Positions 13,036 to 37,005 of a stretch of DNA of 64,000 bases are shown here, piece by piece. How positions within the stretch are numbered: the first letter of the stretch is position 1; every line of letters begins with the position of its first letter. The position numbers and the translations under genes are program-made. The notes below the pieces were generated by a model. It had not been told where the DNA came from and searched no databases. It was given only the letters and a program-made list of their open reading frames with translations. Origin of the DNA: Macrostomum lignano (lineage: Eukaryota); NCBI GenBank assembly GCA_002269645.1, contig NIVC01000662.1, positions 256,809 to 320,808 of the forward strand. Direction: 5' to 3'.

Positions 13036-16000
13036 AGCTATTCCCCTCGCAAGTCTTGACATCTCAGCAATGCCCCCCCATAAACCTTGCAATCTGAAAA
13101 ATCCCCTGTCAACCTTGAAAACTAAACTGTAACCTGAAACCCAAACCTGATATAAACCTAACCCTAAAGCCATGACATATTAGCAATTCTTCTCCCCTAA
13201 GCCTTGACATTTTAGTGATTCCTCCCCAAGAATCACAGCACTATAGCAATTCCCTCCAAGCCTTGACATTGTAGCAATTCCCAAATGAATCTTTTAACTT
13301 CGAAATGACTCTTATTTTATGTCTACATAATGCTTCTTTTCTTTTTTACATTACACTTCTTCTATCAGCGCCCACCCCCTATGGTGAGCCAACAAAGAAT
13401 GTAAAAAAAAATTAAGTAAACTGCATTTAGCTTCTGACTTTTGCCTTGACATCTCAGAAATCCATATGAATATTAATAGTCCACTTTGAAACAAATGATA
13501 GTTACTACAATAATATTTTTTTGATATGCTACAAAAGAGAAATATAAAAGAACTATTAGGAAAGACAGACAAGACATAAATTGCTAAAATATATACTTGC
13601 ACACTTTAACAAAAATTGAATTTGATCTATGTTTAATCGATCGATTATAATTATTAGGTGGGCCAGATACTAAGGAACACTTTGGGATTGCATGTATAAA
13701 ATTAAAAATATTTTTAATACAATTTACAAAACTTATATTGGCATATAAATAGTACCTTTAACTTTTAAGACCCTTTTTAGATTGTATATTATATTAGAAT
13801 TGAAATGCATATCATCTAAATCATTAATTTTTATATTTACATGTTGTAATTGCAATTTTATGGCTTTTTGAGTGATTTTTGAAAAAGAAAGATTTTTTGA
13901 GTAGATTTAAACAACTTTCAAGCTTTAATTTAAACAAAAAATGCTATAAAACCTATATATATAATATAGGAGATGATGCTATAAATGGCCATTAGTGTGG
14001 ACAATGTTTAGTGCAGATAGGCCCCTAGTAGTACAGGCAGAGTCTAGCTCTAGCACACTAGCACAATCTGGTATAGGAAAGGGGATGTCTAGCACAATTC
14101 AGACCTTGGCTGCAATAAAGCTTATGATTTGTGGAAAAATCAATTAGATTTTTTTAAAAGGTAATTTAGACCAATATTGACTTAGTAAGCTAGCATTGCA
14201 TTATAAATTGCAGAACCTTATGGGAGAATATTTAATTTTATCTGCTTATTAAGCTCCTTTTCAATAAAGCACAAATGATTCCCATGGCTCCTTTTCTAAG
14301 TATAATATGAGCAATAATATGCCATTTATAATGTTCTATGAACTATATGAACCATGGTATATAGTCTTAGTACTTCTAAATATACTTTAAATACTAAAGG
14401 GAATTCAGACTTGGCAACCACTTAGTGGTCTACTAAAGGCAATGAGTGAAATAAATGGACTATATTTATACTGAACTATATAAGAAGCTGAAATAAAAGG
14501 AGTGTCCAAAAAGTATTGATATTTTTTCTCATATTGCTTTATTGCAAACTTGAAAATCAATGAATTTGGTGTCATTGGATAGCAAAAAGTATTAGCTTCA
14601 ATATGTCAAAAAATCATCCTAATGTTGTTTTTTAAAGTTATCACTGTCTTTTTGAGCCAGGATAGCCTAGGCCTATAGACTTACAAAACTATATCTATTC
14701 AACCCTGTCATATATGCGCAACCCCCAAATTTTGGTCAGCCGTGCGACTTAGTTTTAACAAAAATGCGATGTACTTTTTGGCCAAAAATGCAACTTATAT
14801 GTAAAAAAAACCCTAGAACAAAATTAACGCAACTTTGGGTAAACGGCAGGAGTAACTATAACTGTCTTATTAAGCAAAAATTCCTTATCAGCTACTTAGT
14901 ACTACTACTTGGGTGTTTTTTTAGGTGGGCATTTTTGCGACTTCTTTGGTTGGCCACCAAATTGGTCAGCCAGATCGGCCAACTCGGCCGACTGTTGCAC
15001 ATGTATGAACCCTGTTGAGTATATATATGCCTTATGAATTCATGAAGCTAGCTAAAAATACATCAATAAATGCAAATCAACAAAATGAGGGTAACATTTT
15101 ATAAGCATATGAGAGATGCTATTTTGTCTATGATAAAATTTGTGGCCACGTCTTTTTTGTACTATAAGCTTGTTTTTTTCTTCTTTTATTAGCAACCAAT
15201 AGTTACAAACATGCACTCAAAACAAGGGTAGCAACATGCAATTAACATATTATAGCATTAGAAAAAGTGGATAGGCAATTTATCATTATCTATGTAATAT
15301 ACATAGAGCCAAAGCAATAAGTTGTATAATGGTAAGCCTATATTATCAAAAAACTCAACAAGGTCAACTAGGCCCAATATAATTTTTTGTAAGTCTATAG
15401 GCCATCTAAGCTTAAATAGAAAAAGGTAACTTTTTAAAGCAGTATATATTGATCATTTTTACATTAAAGTTGATATTTTTTATTTTTGTACACTTTGTCA
15501 AAAACATGTCAAATGTCAAAAACAATGCAGAAACAATAGTAAATTGTAAATATAGGTTGAATATTTAGTCTTTTTTATTATGCATTAGACCTAGGCTAAC
15601 TATGACATTGTCAATTTAAGTAGCCCCACCAAGGGCTGTTTTGATATAAGGTACCAATCTATAATATTATAGTTTCATTTTCTCATGTCTGCTTAAAGTA
15701 GTGCCCAAAGAATTTTAATCAGCTGCGTACATCTGTAAAGCTTGCATTCAGCATATGATCAATAATTTCTGCTTCTGTTTTTCTAGCTGGCCAATGGAAA
15801 AGCTACGCATTAATTATACTAAGTTCTCCTTGCACGCCCACCCTAGCCTACTCTTTATCAGTTCTGTCTGGCCATGCACTCTGGGTTATTCTTAGATCCT
15901 GACTTTGTGTCCCCACCTATAGACCCTTGCCACCTGGCACTCTTGTTTGGTTGCCTTCTCTTCTTGCCTTATTATGCCACAGCCCTAGGCCACGCCTTTG

Positions 16001-18312
16001 CCACTCTCAGTCATGCCACTTCTACTACCTAAGCTATCTAACTCATTGTTGTATAGCCACCAATGCATTCGTTATGAATCCAACTTGTATTTTGACCTGT
16101 CTCTGTTGGCAATAAACAATAAACCAAGTCTGCAGCCATTGATCGCATTAACATTAACTGATATTGCTATTGCTATTGCCAAGTGCTACTGCTACAAAAT
16201 TGCCTCTGCAGTATTCATTTGCCTTTGCTGATTATTCTCTAGGCTGCCACTTTATTACATTACACTAGTCACTAACCATTTCATTTTTGAATTATCTAAT
16301 TTTGACCATATTTGATAATGCTTAATAATCTTGAATCAACCAGGATCTATATCCTATTTGTCTACTAGAAAAGTCATATTCTTTGCCAGAAGTGGTTTAG
16401 TCTTGCATACAAAAAATGCTTCTTCAGATAACATGGCATGGGTTCTATTCTAAGCCTATGGTAATGGCTTACTGTCATATATTCTTTTCATTTTGTTGAA
16501 ATCAATAATCAACATGCAAGATCTGTGTTATAACTATTTTATTAAATTATTCTTCAAAACTACACCATCCAAAAGAAACATTAAACGATAGATCAAATTA
16601 GAACCTTTTGTATAGGCCTACCCAACCACTGCAAAACAATTCTGAAAGTGGAAGGATGCACTAATTGACTTAACTCGTTTTTTAACTGAGTCAGCTCTGA
16701 TCCGTCTCTGTAGATAACAAATTGACAAACTTTAAAGCATGCCAATTGGCTAGAAAATGAAGTGTTCTATCTTCAAAATATATGATAAAAGTGTAAAATG
16801 ATGAGGTTGTAACATGACATGACAAAGTGTCTAAAAACCATATTTTCTCTGATCCGTCTCTGTACAGGCGTAAGATTATCACAAAAACGAAGGTTTTTAA
16901 TAGCTTATAATTTTTCCCTGCTACAAACAAGTATCTGGATTTAAAAACTAAGACTAAAATCTACCTTCGACACAATGGCCGATTCTTAATTTAATTGCCG
17001 CATCAATTTAGTAAATTGAACATTAAAATTCTACAAAACTCATGACAAATAGCGAGTTCAGAATTTCTTTTAATAAAAGCAAAGCTTTTTTCTCTTACTT
17101 ATTATACTTTTCTCTAATACATACTTTCTTTTCTTGTAACATGTACGCTGCTTTTGTTATAACTTTTTTGTTTGCTAGTGATTCATAGACCGTCAGACCT
17201 TGGGGCCAAAGACTTTAAGCATGAATCAACAACTGAATTAATCCATGGGACCTTCCTTCAAAAAAGGTCACAAAGATCTCAAAAACCACGCAAACCTTAT
17301 AAGCATACTAAATGACAGCTGTTTGTGGCTTTAGATTAATTATTTAAGGGTACTGTAACGATATTTATACTTTTTAGAACAATTGATTATGGCAATACAA
17401 ATGCAACTACAGTAGAAGTAAATATCAAGGAACGGTGTCATTCTGACCGGCAAGTACCATAATAATATCTCGACCTTTTATAGTAGCCCTGGCCTTTGGG
17501 TTACCACCAGCTGCTTGGCTGAATTGCTGCATCGAGGACACTATACTGCTGCATGTATAGATGTCCTAACTTGCTCCCGTTAACCGGCAAAGTGTGTGTT
17601 TGACGGTATGAAACCTACTTACCAAAAAACGACTTATGTACGGATCGTCTACTAATTAATTACATGCAAGTCAATGTACATTTTCATTGCTCATCATGTA
17701 CATGAAGGTTTTTTATAGCTGGCTGTCCACTGCACGACTTATGTACGAGCGCACATGCAAGAACAACTTAATTGATAAAGAATTAAGTACTTCTTTTATG
17801 TCGACCTGTTGCACATTTACATGTAAATAGACGCAATATTTAACAGTCCTAGCTGACGAAGCCAGATGAAAATTGAAAGCCCATACAGCCAGCTAAATCT
17901 TTTTCGATAGACATTTCATGCAAAGTAGGAAATAAATGGCAATTCGAGCATTACACATTTCTCATGACAAGATACGCATAAAATAATAGAGATGACTTTA
18001 AATACCCAGGAAGCACCAGACCCTGCGATATGTGAGCGTGTGTAATCATACAGTTCGTGTGTAAGGAATGCGACTGATGCGACAGCAAATTGATAAGATA
18101 AAAATATTGCTTTTGTAGATCAAAGAACCTCTGCATGCAGAATTATACATGTAGATAAATTGATAATCCGATATGACGACTTAGGTAAAGCTAATGGCGA
18201 ATGATATAGGAGAAGTAAGAATCGACAGAAAATGAAATTAAAAGTAAGCTATCAAGACAGAGACTCAGTAGGGAATACTAAGACAGCAGGTTCGTCATCA
18301 AATTAGGTGCTA

Positions 18313-19276
18313 TTAGTGCCGCTTTGTCTCTAGCAGATTCCGATAAAAGTACACGGCTGCGCAGAAGCGCAATTTTGCATCGAGTAGCGCCAAATCTGAC
18401 TCGCTGTGCAGGCCGGAATTGAGAGCGGCGTCCAGCGTATCCCTCACCGCCGGCCAGGGCGCGCCGTGACGCAACTGACAGTCAGCCAGTTGGCACCAGA
18501 GTCTGACGGAGTAGGGGCAGCAGCTTAGAGCACGGCGGTACCAGGCCAACAGACTGTTGTAGGGCATCCGGTTGGTTACTTCCTGATCGACCGAAATGTT
18601 CCAACGACATTTCGTAGTTTACATGTACTGTATTGTCGCGTAAAATTACTCTCTAGAAGAAGTTTGTAGGCCTTGTCAACCAAAGGGTTGGTGGGTCAAT
18701 CCAACCAAGTAGTAGGCCAACTCAACCGAATGGTGGGTCAATCCAACCAAGTAGTAGGTCAACTCAACCGAATGGTGGGTCAATCCAACCAAGTAGTAGG
18801 TCAACTCAACCGAATAGTGGGTCAACCCAATCGAATAGTGGGTCAACCCAATCGAATAATGGGTCAACCCAACTGAGTGGTGGATCACCCAGCCGAGTGG
18901 TGGGTCAACCTAATCGAGTGGTGGGTCAACCCAACCGAGTGGTGGGTCAACCCAACTTAGTGGTGGGTCAACCGAACCGAGTGGTGGGTCAACCCAACCC
19001 GTGGTGGGTCAACCCAATCGAGTGGTAGTCTTTTCGGTGAGAGTATTCGGTCAAACCTAAGGAGTGCTGGGTCCAACCAAAGAGTTATGGGTCATTTTAA
19101 TCGAGTGATGTTCTACCCAAGGTGTTATGTGGCTACGCAGGGAGTGTTTGGGTCAGCCCGGAAGAGTGGTCGGGTCAGCCTGAGGAGAGCTGGATCACAC
19201 ATGGGCTTTGAAGCAAGCAGGTCTCACCAGATGGATGAGCGCGTCAGCCCAGACACCGCTGGGCAGGGAGTGACTC
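18313..19276 (-). pseudogene. SART3: SART3/Prp24-like HAT-repeat gene fragment (two exons)
   Basis: Exon 19276-19228 (SHSLPSGVWADALIHL|GTGAGA) splices in phase to an exon starting at 18582 (EVTNRMPYNSLLAWYRRALSCCPYSVRLWCQLADCQLRHGAPWPAVRDTLDAALNSGL). This resembles, from memory, the SART3 segment NCLVPDLWIRYSQYLDRQLK...HNRAIRNCPWTVALW...RHGVDHQVISVTFEKALNAGF. No other exons were found. Confidence 0.65.
18685..19030 (+). repeat. 21-bp minisatellite (42-bp higher order in the proximal part) in the SART3-fragment intron
   Basis: ggtgggtcaacccaatcgagt and variants. Confidence 0.9.
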
Positions 19277-19850
19277 CTGCAGTCATTATCAAGTTCGAGT
19301 TGGTTGCAACTCATGTCTCCACTGGCGACTCACAAGATTTCTGCGAGTGTGAAATCATTGATTTAGTAATTTAGTTCAAGAATGTTGCAATGTTAGCATG
19401 AGCGAGATGATTTTATTTGCTTTAAAATCACTATACAGTATACAGGCATTGAACAGTTGAGCTTAGCTAAGTTGAGACTTGCGCCCAGTGAGGATTTACC
19501 ACAGACAAGTCTCGGCAGACGAGTCTGGATCGTGCCCCCCCCCCGCTGACTTTGCACTGAATCAATGGGCTTTTGGCCATAGACATTATCTGCGAGCGGG
19601 CTGTCGTGTGTTTCAACCTAGCTTCAACACGCATAGCCCACGGATGAAGGATGAAAGAACATCACAGATTGCTCATCTGTGAAATGTCTATGGCCCAGAG
19701 CCATCCCCAATCTTGGGATAGTTAGTCTCCCTCTTAGGCTGTTTGATAGGCTGAGTGAGTCTATAAATACTTAAGTCTTCCGCGGAAATCACTTTAGATT
19801 TCCCTCGCGTTTAAGCTGAGGACAATAAAGTTGAAGTGGGGTAAAGTAAG

Positions 19851-19925
19851 GGGGCCGTAGCCCAGTGGTCTAGTACGGCGTCTGATGTGCCAGCAGCCCA
19901 GGCTCGATTCCCAGTGCAGTCCAAA
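19851..19925 (+). mobile_element. Degenerate tRNA-derived sequence (tRNA pseudogene or SINE head)
   Basis: A-box-like tagcccagtgg and B-box-like ggctcgattcc at tRNA spacing, followed by ccaaaaaaa; acceptor and T stems pair poorly. Confidence 0.45.
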
Positions 19926-20779
19926 AAAACTTAGGGCTAAATTGGAATCTCGACTTGGCTCTGCTCGTGCAGTTAACGCCAACCCATTGAGGGCCAACCC
20001 CCAAAGCACAATGAAGTGTACATGCCTAATTAATGATAAATAAAGTTAGGGCCGCTGTACACTCCTGTGTGAATGTGTGCTTGTGCGTATGACTGCGTAC
20101 GTATCCGCGCGCTTGTGTGCCTGCTTTAACAAACCAGAAATTTCACAAAGTCGAATAGTCTCCTATCTCTCCTGTGTATTTCGAAACTGTGAAGCTTTTG
20201 GTTGATGAAATTTCGGGTTTGTGATATTTCAGGTCTGTCAAATTTCGGGTCTGTGAAACGACCCCCAGTAATGCCTCTCGCCGGTTGTGTGACAATGTCG
20301 CTTGAAGTGCGCCATGGCATAGAACCCCCTCTCTCTAATAAAAAAATAAATCTGTGCCATGCGTGGTTAATAAGTAAACTAATCTTTAATCTTCGTTAAC
20401 CGAAAAGCTGCTCTGCCTCCCATTGTAAAAACGGTGGGTACGTTGTCTATAATAAAAAATGTCAAAAAGCACTAGAAAAATTAAATCCTTACCCAGACGA
20501 AATTCTTGAATTCAAGTCAAGCTACGACAAAATTTAAAATCGAATTGGGCGCAATTCTATCTTAATAACTGGTGGGCAAACTGTTGATAAGCTGCAGGGA
20601 CTGACGAACTGTAGCTTTACATGTAAATACGGCTGAGGGCGGTTGTGCACGCCACAGCTTTAGCAATCATTGGCTCTGAGTGCCATTGCATGCAATATGG
20701 TTTTATATCTGTACAGTAAAACACTACAGTTTAAATGATTTCGCGCTGCAGATGACGGGAGTTAAGTTGCGGACATGTT

Positions 20780-20833
<54 letters not shown>

Positions 20834-21124
20834 CTCAGTTGGAAGCCAGAAAATGCGCAGTCTACATGTAAGTGCGATCTGTGTGTTCAGTTTGGAGTCA
20901 CCATTACAGTAATTTCTATTAAGCCTTGAAAAGCATAGCAACTGATATGTGCAGCTTCAGTCGCAGCTAGTACGAGTAGCGAAAATTGGCATTGACAGCT
21001 ATTAAATATGCAGCATTGACAACTAACTATGAACAGCTTAACACTTAAAATCGTTTTTGTGCAGTTTTGTCCAGTTTATTAAGAGCTAAATTAATTATGT
21101 TTCACCTTCTGGACTGTCGGATTA

Positions 21125-21640
21125 CAGAATCAGAATGGGGGAATCGGAATGGGGGAATCGGTATGGGGGAATCGGAATGGGGGAATCGGAATGGGGGAAT
21201 CGGAATGGGGGAATCGGAATGGGGGAATCGGAATGGGGGAATCGGAATGGGGGAATCGGAATGGGGGAATCGGAATGGGGGAATCGGAATGGGGGAATCG
21301 GAATTGGGGAATCGGAATGGGGGAATCAGAATGGGGGAACCGGAAGGGAGGAATCGGAATGGAGGAATCGGAATGGGGGAATCGGAATGGGGGAATCGGA
21401 ATTGGGGAATCGGAATTGGGGAATCGGAATGGGGGAATCGGAATGGGGGAATCGGAATTGGGGAATCGGAATGGGGGAATCGGAATGGGGGAACCGGAAG
21501 GGCGGAATCGGAATGGGGGAATCACTCGTAAAATGGGGAATCGGAATGGGGGATCAGAATGGGGGAATTAGCTCGTAGAATGGCGGAATCGGAATTGGGG
21601 AATCGGAAGGGCGGAATCGGAATGGGGAACCGGAGATTGA
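21125..21640 (+). repeat. 15-bp G-rich minisatellite
   Basis: ggaatcggaatgggg repeated about 30 times; source of several spurious ORFs. Confidence 0.95.
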
Positions 21641-22429
21641 AAATTAAAGTTGAATAAGTACTTTAGGACTTTTGAGAGTACATAGTTCAAGCAGTTCTTC
21701 ATAGAATTATGCATTTATAATATGATAATTCCTTGCGTTATAACATTAGATTTATTTCGATTTTGTGGACACAAATATGAGCCAATTAGGGTTTTAGAAA
21801 CGACGATATTAACAAAAAGAAGAAAATCAGCAAATATTTCTATTTATACTCACAATTGAATAGTTTTGTTCCTGAATATGAATTAATCAGTGCGAATCAG
21901 AATAATTAATCAATTCATTTCAGCTTTTCATTCATTTAAATATTTTCATTGATCCGTCACATTCACAATTTAGCAGCAGTAATTGTCCTAGGCTATTGCT
22001 ACCACAGTCACTGATAATAACTTGATGGGCCACTCAGCACGTTTGCGTGTAAGCTACTTTCAGTAGAGTAGCAGAACGTTGAATAGAACCGTTTTATTGA
22101 CCCCCAGCTGAACCCCTCCGACCCTCCACCCCAAACTTCTACCCCCGCCCCAGCCCCCAATTTTATTGCCTTCCTAGCGTGGTGTTCCAGCGGTCCAGCT
22201 TAAAGCTGCCTGCCATGTACATTTTAGCAAGAAGCTGTGCAGGTCTACAAGTCACTCTAACTGCTTTTCTTTTATAAAATAGCTAACATATTCTTACTTA
22301 CTACTGAACTGAAGCTAAAGGAACTGTTTTACCAAACTATAACTAGGGGCCCATGCAGTTATTATAACATCTGCTATTAATACTCAGTAATCAGCAGGCA
22401 TTCCAGACAGAGAAGCTCTCCAGACGCTT

Positions 22430-32375
<9,946 letters not shown>

Positions 32376-34660
32376 GCTCCGGTGCTGTGCTACTCTTTAC
32401 GGGATTTCAGTTGCCTGCCGTCAAAAAAAAGTTTGTGAGCAAACTGAAGCGCGGTAGTGTGCCTCTCAGTGCTTGTCTTTTGATAGTCGAGCCTTTGACT
32501 TTATTGCGCTCTTAAACGGGCGCCACTCAGCACCCAATTGCTAATAGCAAGCACAAATTTCAACCTACAGAAGCAAAACATTCAATGCAAATTTATCTGC
32601 TCGGGACGACAATGTAAACAGAGCGGAGTTTTCGGCCGCTCGACTGAAACAGAAGACGCGAAGAAGAAGAAGAATTTAATTTTGAAATAATCGATCCGAT
32701 GAGAAGGGCGGCGACAAAATTGAGTGCAAAATTTGAGCCATGCATGCGGTTGTATTGCTAATTTGCACTGAGCTGAAGTCTGCTTCCATTTCACTCTAGC
32801 CTTGCATTTGCACACATTGGCACGATTAATTTGCATGCAGCACGCGCTGCCTTCAGTTTTAGCCAGCGGGTTAAATATCTGAATAATTCATTGGATAGAA
32901 GCTCGGGTGTTAGCGAAACGTTTGTTGCAAAAATGCGCTCACCCTGACGGATACTCTCGACCGCAACAACCGAGCGGATTTTGCATGCCACCTGAGCCTA
33001 CTTGAACCGCAGGCTCATATGGCTCGTGGCGTAGCGGATTTTCTAGCGTTTAATTAAATTTTCCAACGATTGACGCTTCTTAAATTTGCGCGTCTTTAAA
33101 ACACTAATTTTATTTGATTTTGAATAGAATGCAAATTAACGTGAAGCTTGTTGGGCACAGACCAGTCCGTCTATCTGACTATTATATAACATAAGAAGCA
33201 ATGCTAGAGAATATTTAGTATGTAGTCGGATTAAATAATAAGCCCAATATGAATAACCGCATTTTATATGAAATCTTGCACAAATAATGTCATTGTTCAA
33301 AATTTCTATGGTAATTTACGTTAAGACAATGATATTCAAGCAATGACCGGTCATTGTTTGAATTTGACAATAAAGCAATTTACCTAGATATCATTTTAGA
33401 AAACGAACGAGTCTATGACATGGATGAATAATATAACTGGATCGCCAGAAGCTCGATTTTTTTGGTCCTTGCCATAGACAAGCACCAGCATCACAAGAAG
33501 CTCAGAATGCCGTACTTTCACACATAGACAAATAGCCGCTGCAGAAGCTGCAAACCTTACCATTTTTTTGACATTTAGAAGCTGAGACTTTTAACTTGAG
33601 GCAACAACCTTGTAATCAATACACTCCGCAACATTGATGAACACCCAAACTCAATGGCCAAATTGTCTTCAGCCTCCTCCGGTCTCCAGCTGGCACTGCA
33701 CCAACGACCGCTCTGGCGGGACCATCGCGAGGGCAAGCGCCCAGTAGCCAAGTATAGAGAAAGCAGAGTGCGCAGCCAAGACGCGCGCACGCGCTCAAGG
33801 TCAGCGGCCTTGACTTTCTAATCGTTAACCGTCATAATTGAGAAGTCCATAGTTGACGATGTTTCTACAAGAGCTTCTAATTTCGAACCCAAGGTACTCT
33901 GGCGCGAGAGTCAGACATACTGGGCCACTCTGCCGCTTGAAGAGTACAGTATGCACTTAGATTTATAGACATCATCTATTCTAGTAAAATTTTCTAGTAC
34001 ACAGGAAAAAATGAGCACCAGATTTGAGTCTGAACGATCTCTCAGTATTTAGATAGGGGAAGTTGCACATTTGCAACTTTGAAGATCCCCGCTTGTCTTG
34101 AGGCAAAAAAAAATTATATCGTAGTTTTAATCTGCCGCCGATATGTATTACGAAGCGAGTATCGCTGCGCATCGACAGAAAACCAAACGGCAAAACACTG
34201 GTTAAAGAGTACTTCATGGCATGAAAACTGTCAGCTAACATCGATAATAAAAGAAATGACTCTGCAGGGGACGTCACCAGCTTCTTATTTAAAACATTGT
34301 CCTATTTATCGGTTAACTCTCTCAGTCAGTTGATCGATTGGCAATGGTACTGTTTGCTAAACCACTTAAAGTTTTTCTGTTGTATATTTTATCTCAGTTC
34401 TACTCATGCCTCATCGAGGTTATTTCATGTCGACGCTCACAAAACAACACACCAGTTAGTCTTGCAAGAAGTGCTACTGTCAACAGCTGCATAGCCAAAG
34501 TATATTCTTCATTATTGCATTGCTAAATCACAGGACAAGCAATAGGCGAAACACAAGTCCGTCAGAGAACGTATTTCATGGCATAAAAAACTGTCTTGTT
34601 CAGCCCGCCACCAGTGCAAAGTGTTCGTCCCCCGGCCATTCCTGAGCACAGAATGCTGCT

Positions 34661-35400
34661 TCAGTCCGAACGGCCCCGCCAGCCTCGCCTGCAGACTCTT
34701 TCGCGTCTCCAACGCGACCACTTGCAGACGCCGGAGCAGCAGTCTTTGTCCCGTCTGCAGCTCTGGCGGCGTGGCTTGCAGGAGCGCTTGCGCCTGCAGA
34801 CTCGCTCACGTGACCTAAAGGACCACTTGCAGACTCCGGAGCAGCAGTCTTTGTCCCGTCTGCAGCTCTGACGACGTGGCTTGCAGGAGCGCTTGCGCCT
34901 GCAGACTCGCTCACGTGACCTGAACGACCACTTGCAGACGCCGGAGCAGCAGTCTTTGTCCCGTCTGCAGCTCTGGCGGTGCTCCTGACACGAGCTCACG
35001 CACCTGCCTCTTCGACAGTCGCCGGTGCAGCAGCGTCGCCACGGACGGTCGTCGTCGCATCGCTCGCCGTCGCGCCTGCAAGCGTCTGCGGGGAGTTCGG
35101 GACAGGTTTGATAGCAAGCAATCAGAATAGCTCAGGAACTCAATGAAGGCAAACCGGTGACGCTTCAGGTAAACCTCTTCAGCTGAAGCAACCAATCACA
35201 ATAATCCCTGAGCCAGAAAGACTCAGCAATGTTTCAGGACAGATGCACAGAGACATCAAACCAGAACCAGTGCGGCTTCAGAAAATAATCAAGGAAAGGT
35301 GAGAAAAGCTCCTCACAGCGGAACACAGCGCAGTGAACTCACCAGTGCAACAGATCAGTACGGCTGCCATCGCGGCCAGGTAAATCAGAGTGCCTCTCAT
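34661..35400 (-). CDS. Secreted poly-knottin (ICK) precursor A, 160 aa, 4 knots
   Basis: Exon 1 35400-35343 (MRGTLIYLAAMAAVLICCT, phase-1 donor GTGAGT); exon 2 35085-34661. One C-x6-C-x8-CC-x3-C-x4-C knot plus three C-x6-C-x5-CC-x3-C-x10-C knots. TATAAAA at about 35471-35477. Confidence 0.9.
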
Positions 35401-35874
35401 GTTTTCAAGTCGGTCAAGTAAATATTGCTCTGAGGTTTGGTGTAGTCTGCTCTAATCAAGATGCGATCGCTTTTATAGACAGTGAAGCCACTTGATGGAC
35501 GTTAATGAGCAACGTGCAGCGGTTACTGGGGCACGCTATGCGGAAACTGACTTGCTTTTGGATAGCAACAGTAAGTGCCTTGTGAATTGCGTAATTTTGC
35601 ATTAGTGCTTTCAAACAAGTCCTGTTGCTAATCACTGATTGTCTTTGAAGCGGCCGCCAAGTCTGTCAACTAATTTGGCGCTTAAATTATCATCAAAGGC
35701 ACCCGTGAATTAAACTGCTAATTAGCTCGTGAGTTAGCAGCAATTAACATAGTGGACTGATCAATCGAAATAAGAGTTGGTCTAGGTGCTATCTGTGCTG
35801 GTTGTACCAGCAAGTAAGTAAGTGAGTGGATCCATGTTATCCAGGTGAAGTTTTTATGCTTCAACTCGCACTCA

Positions 35875-36700
35875 ACCGTTCCAGAAACCCGACTGAATCC
35901 TTGCAGAAACCCCACCGAATCGTTCAGAAACCCCACCGAATCATTCCAGAAACCCCACCGAATCCTTCCAGAAACGCCACTGAATCCTTCCAGAAACCCG
36001 ACTGAATCCTTGCAGAAACCCCACCGAATCGTTCAGAAACCCCACCGAATCGTTCCAGAAACCCCACCGAATCCTTCCAAAAACACCACTGAATCCTTCC
36101 AGAAACCCCACCGAATCGTTCCAGAAACACCACTGAATCCTTCCAGAAACCCCACTAAATCCTTCCAGAAACACCACTGAATCCTTCCAGAAACCCCGCC
36201 TAATCCTTCCAGAAACCCCGCCTAATCCTTCCAGAAACCCCACCGAATCCTTCCAGAAACCCCACCGAATCCTTCCAGAAACCCCACTAAATCCTTCCAG
36301 AAACACCACTGAATCCTTCCAGAAACCCCGCCTAATCCTTCCAGAAACCCCACCGAATCCTTCCAGAAACCCCACCGAATCCTTCCAGAAACCCCACTAA
36401 ATCCTTCCAGAAACACCACTGAATCCTTCCAGAAACCCCGCCTAATCCTTCCAGAAACCCCGCCTAATCCTTCCAGAAACCCCACCGAATCCTTCCAGAA
36501 ACCCCACCGAATCCTTCCAGAAACCCCACTAAATCCTTCCAGAAACACCACTGAATCCTTCCAGAAACCCCGCCTAATCCTTCCAGAAACCCCACTAAAT
36601 CCTTCCAGAAACACCACTGAATCCTTCCAGAAACCCCGCCTAATCCTTCCAGAAACCCCGCCTAATCCTTCCAGAAACCCTACCGAATCCTTCCTGAAAC
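35875..36700 (+). repeat. 22-bp minisatellite upstream of precursor A (left arm of the inverted repeat)
   Basis: cccaccgaatccttccagaaac, period 22. Confidence 0.95.
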
Positions 36701-37005
36701 CTTACTTCGGAGTATGATGCCACTCTGCCGTTGCTCCCAGCTACTTACTTATTGAGAAAAAATTGAGGACAATGAGGATTCAAAGTCTCAATAGAAATTG
36801 GAGCTCAGGCAGTCAAATTAGTATTACGAGCGCTCGTAGTAGTATTTCAGTAGTTTCAGTCGTATTTTTAGAATTGTGGATTTTAGGTACTCCCAGCTGA
36901 ACCCCTCTTCCGCGCCAGCCCAAGCGCCAAACTTTTGTTTCTTTCCTCGCCTGGTGTTTCAGCCCAAAGCTGTCTGCCAGCCATGTACATTTCAGGGGCG
37001 CTGGG

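Larger units (their letters stand above)
9850..13460. repeat. Degenerate repeat region (ccttgacatctcagc(a/t)attcccc motifs, ctaaccctaa tracts) split by the LTR element
   Basis: The same motifs recur at 9850-10525 and 13036-13460; the block around 9955-10140 resembles 13085-13310. Confidence 0.6.

Noticed and set aside
13460-17500. Short ORFs in the AT-rich interval
   Set aside because: Low-complexity, non-ATG or unrecognisable translations with no splice-consistent exon chain
19575-19700. 20-bp inverted repeat ggcttttggccatagacatt / aatgtctatggcccagagcc
   Set aside because: Possibly a tiny MITE, but no TSD was found and there is only one copy in the window
21067-21578. Gly-rich GMGESEWGNRNGGI ORFs resembling structural or adhesive proteins
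   Set aside because: A 15-bp array open in all frames, with no signal peptide or supported splice sites
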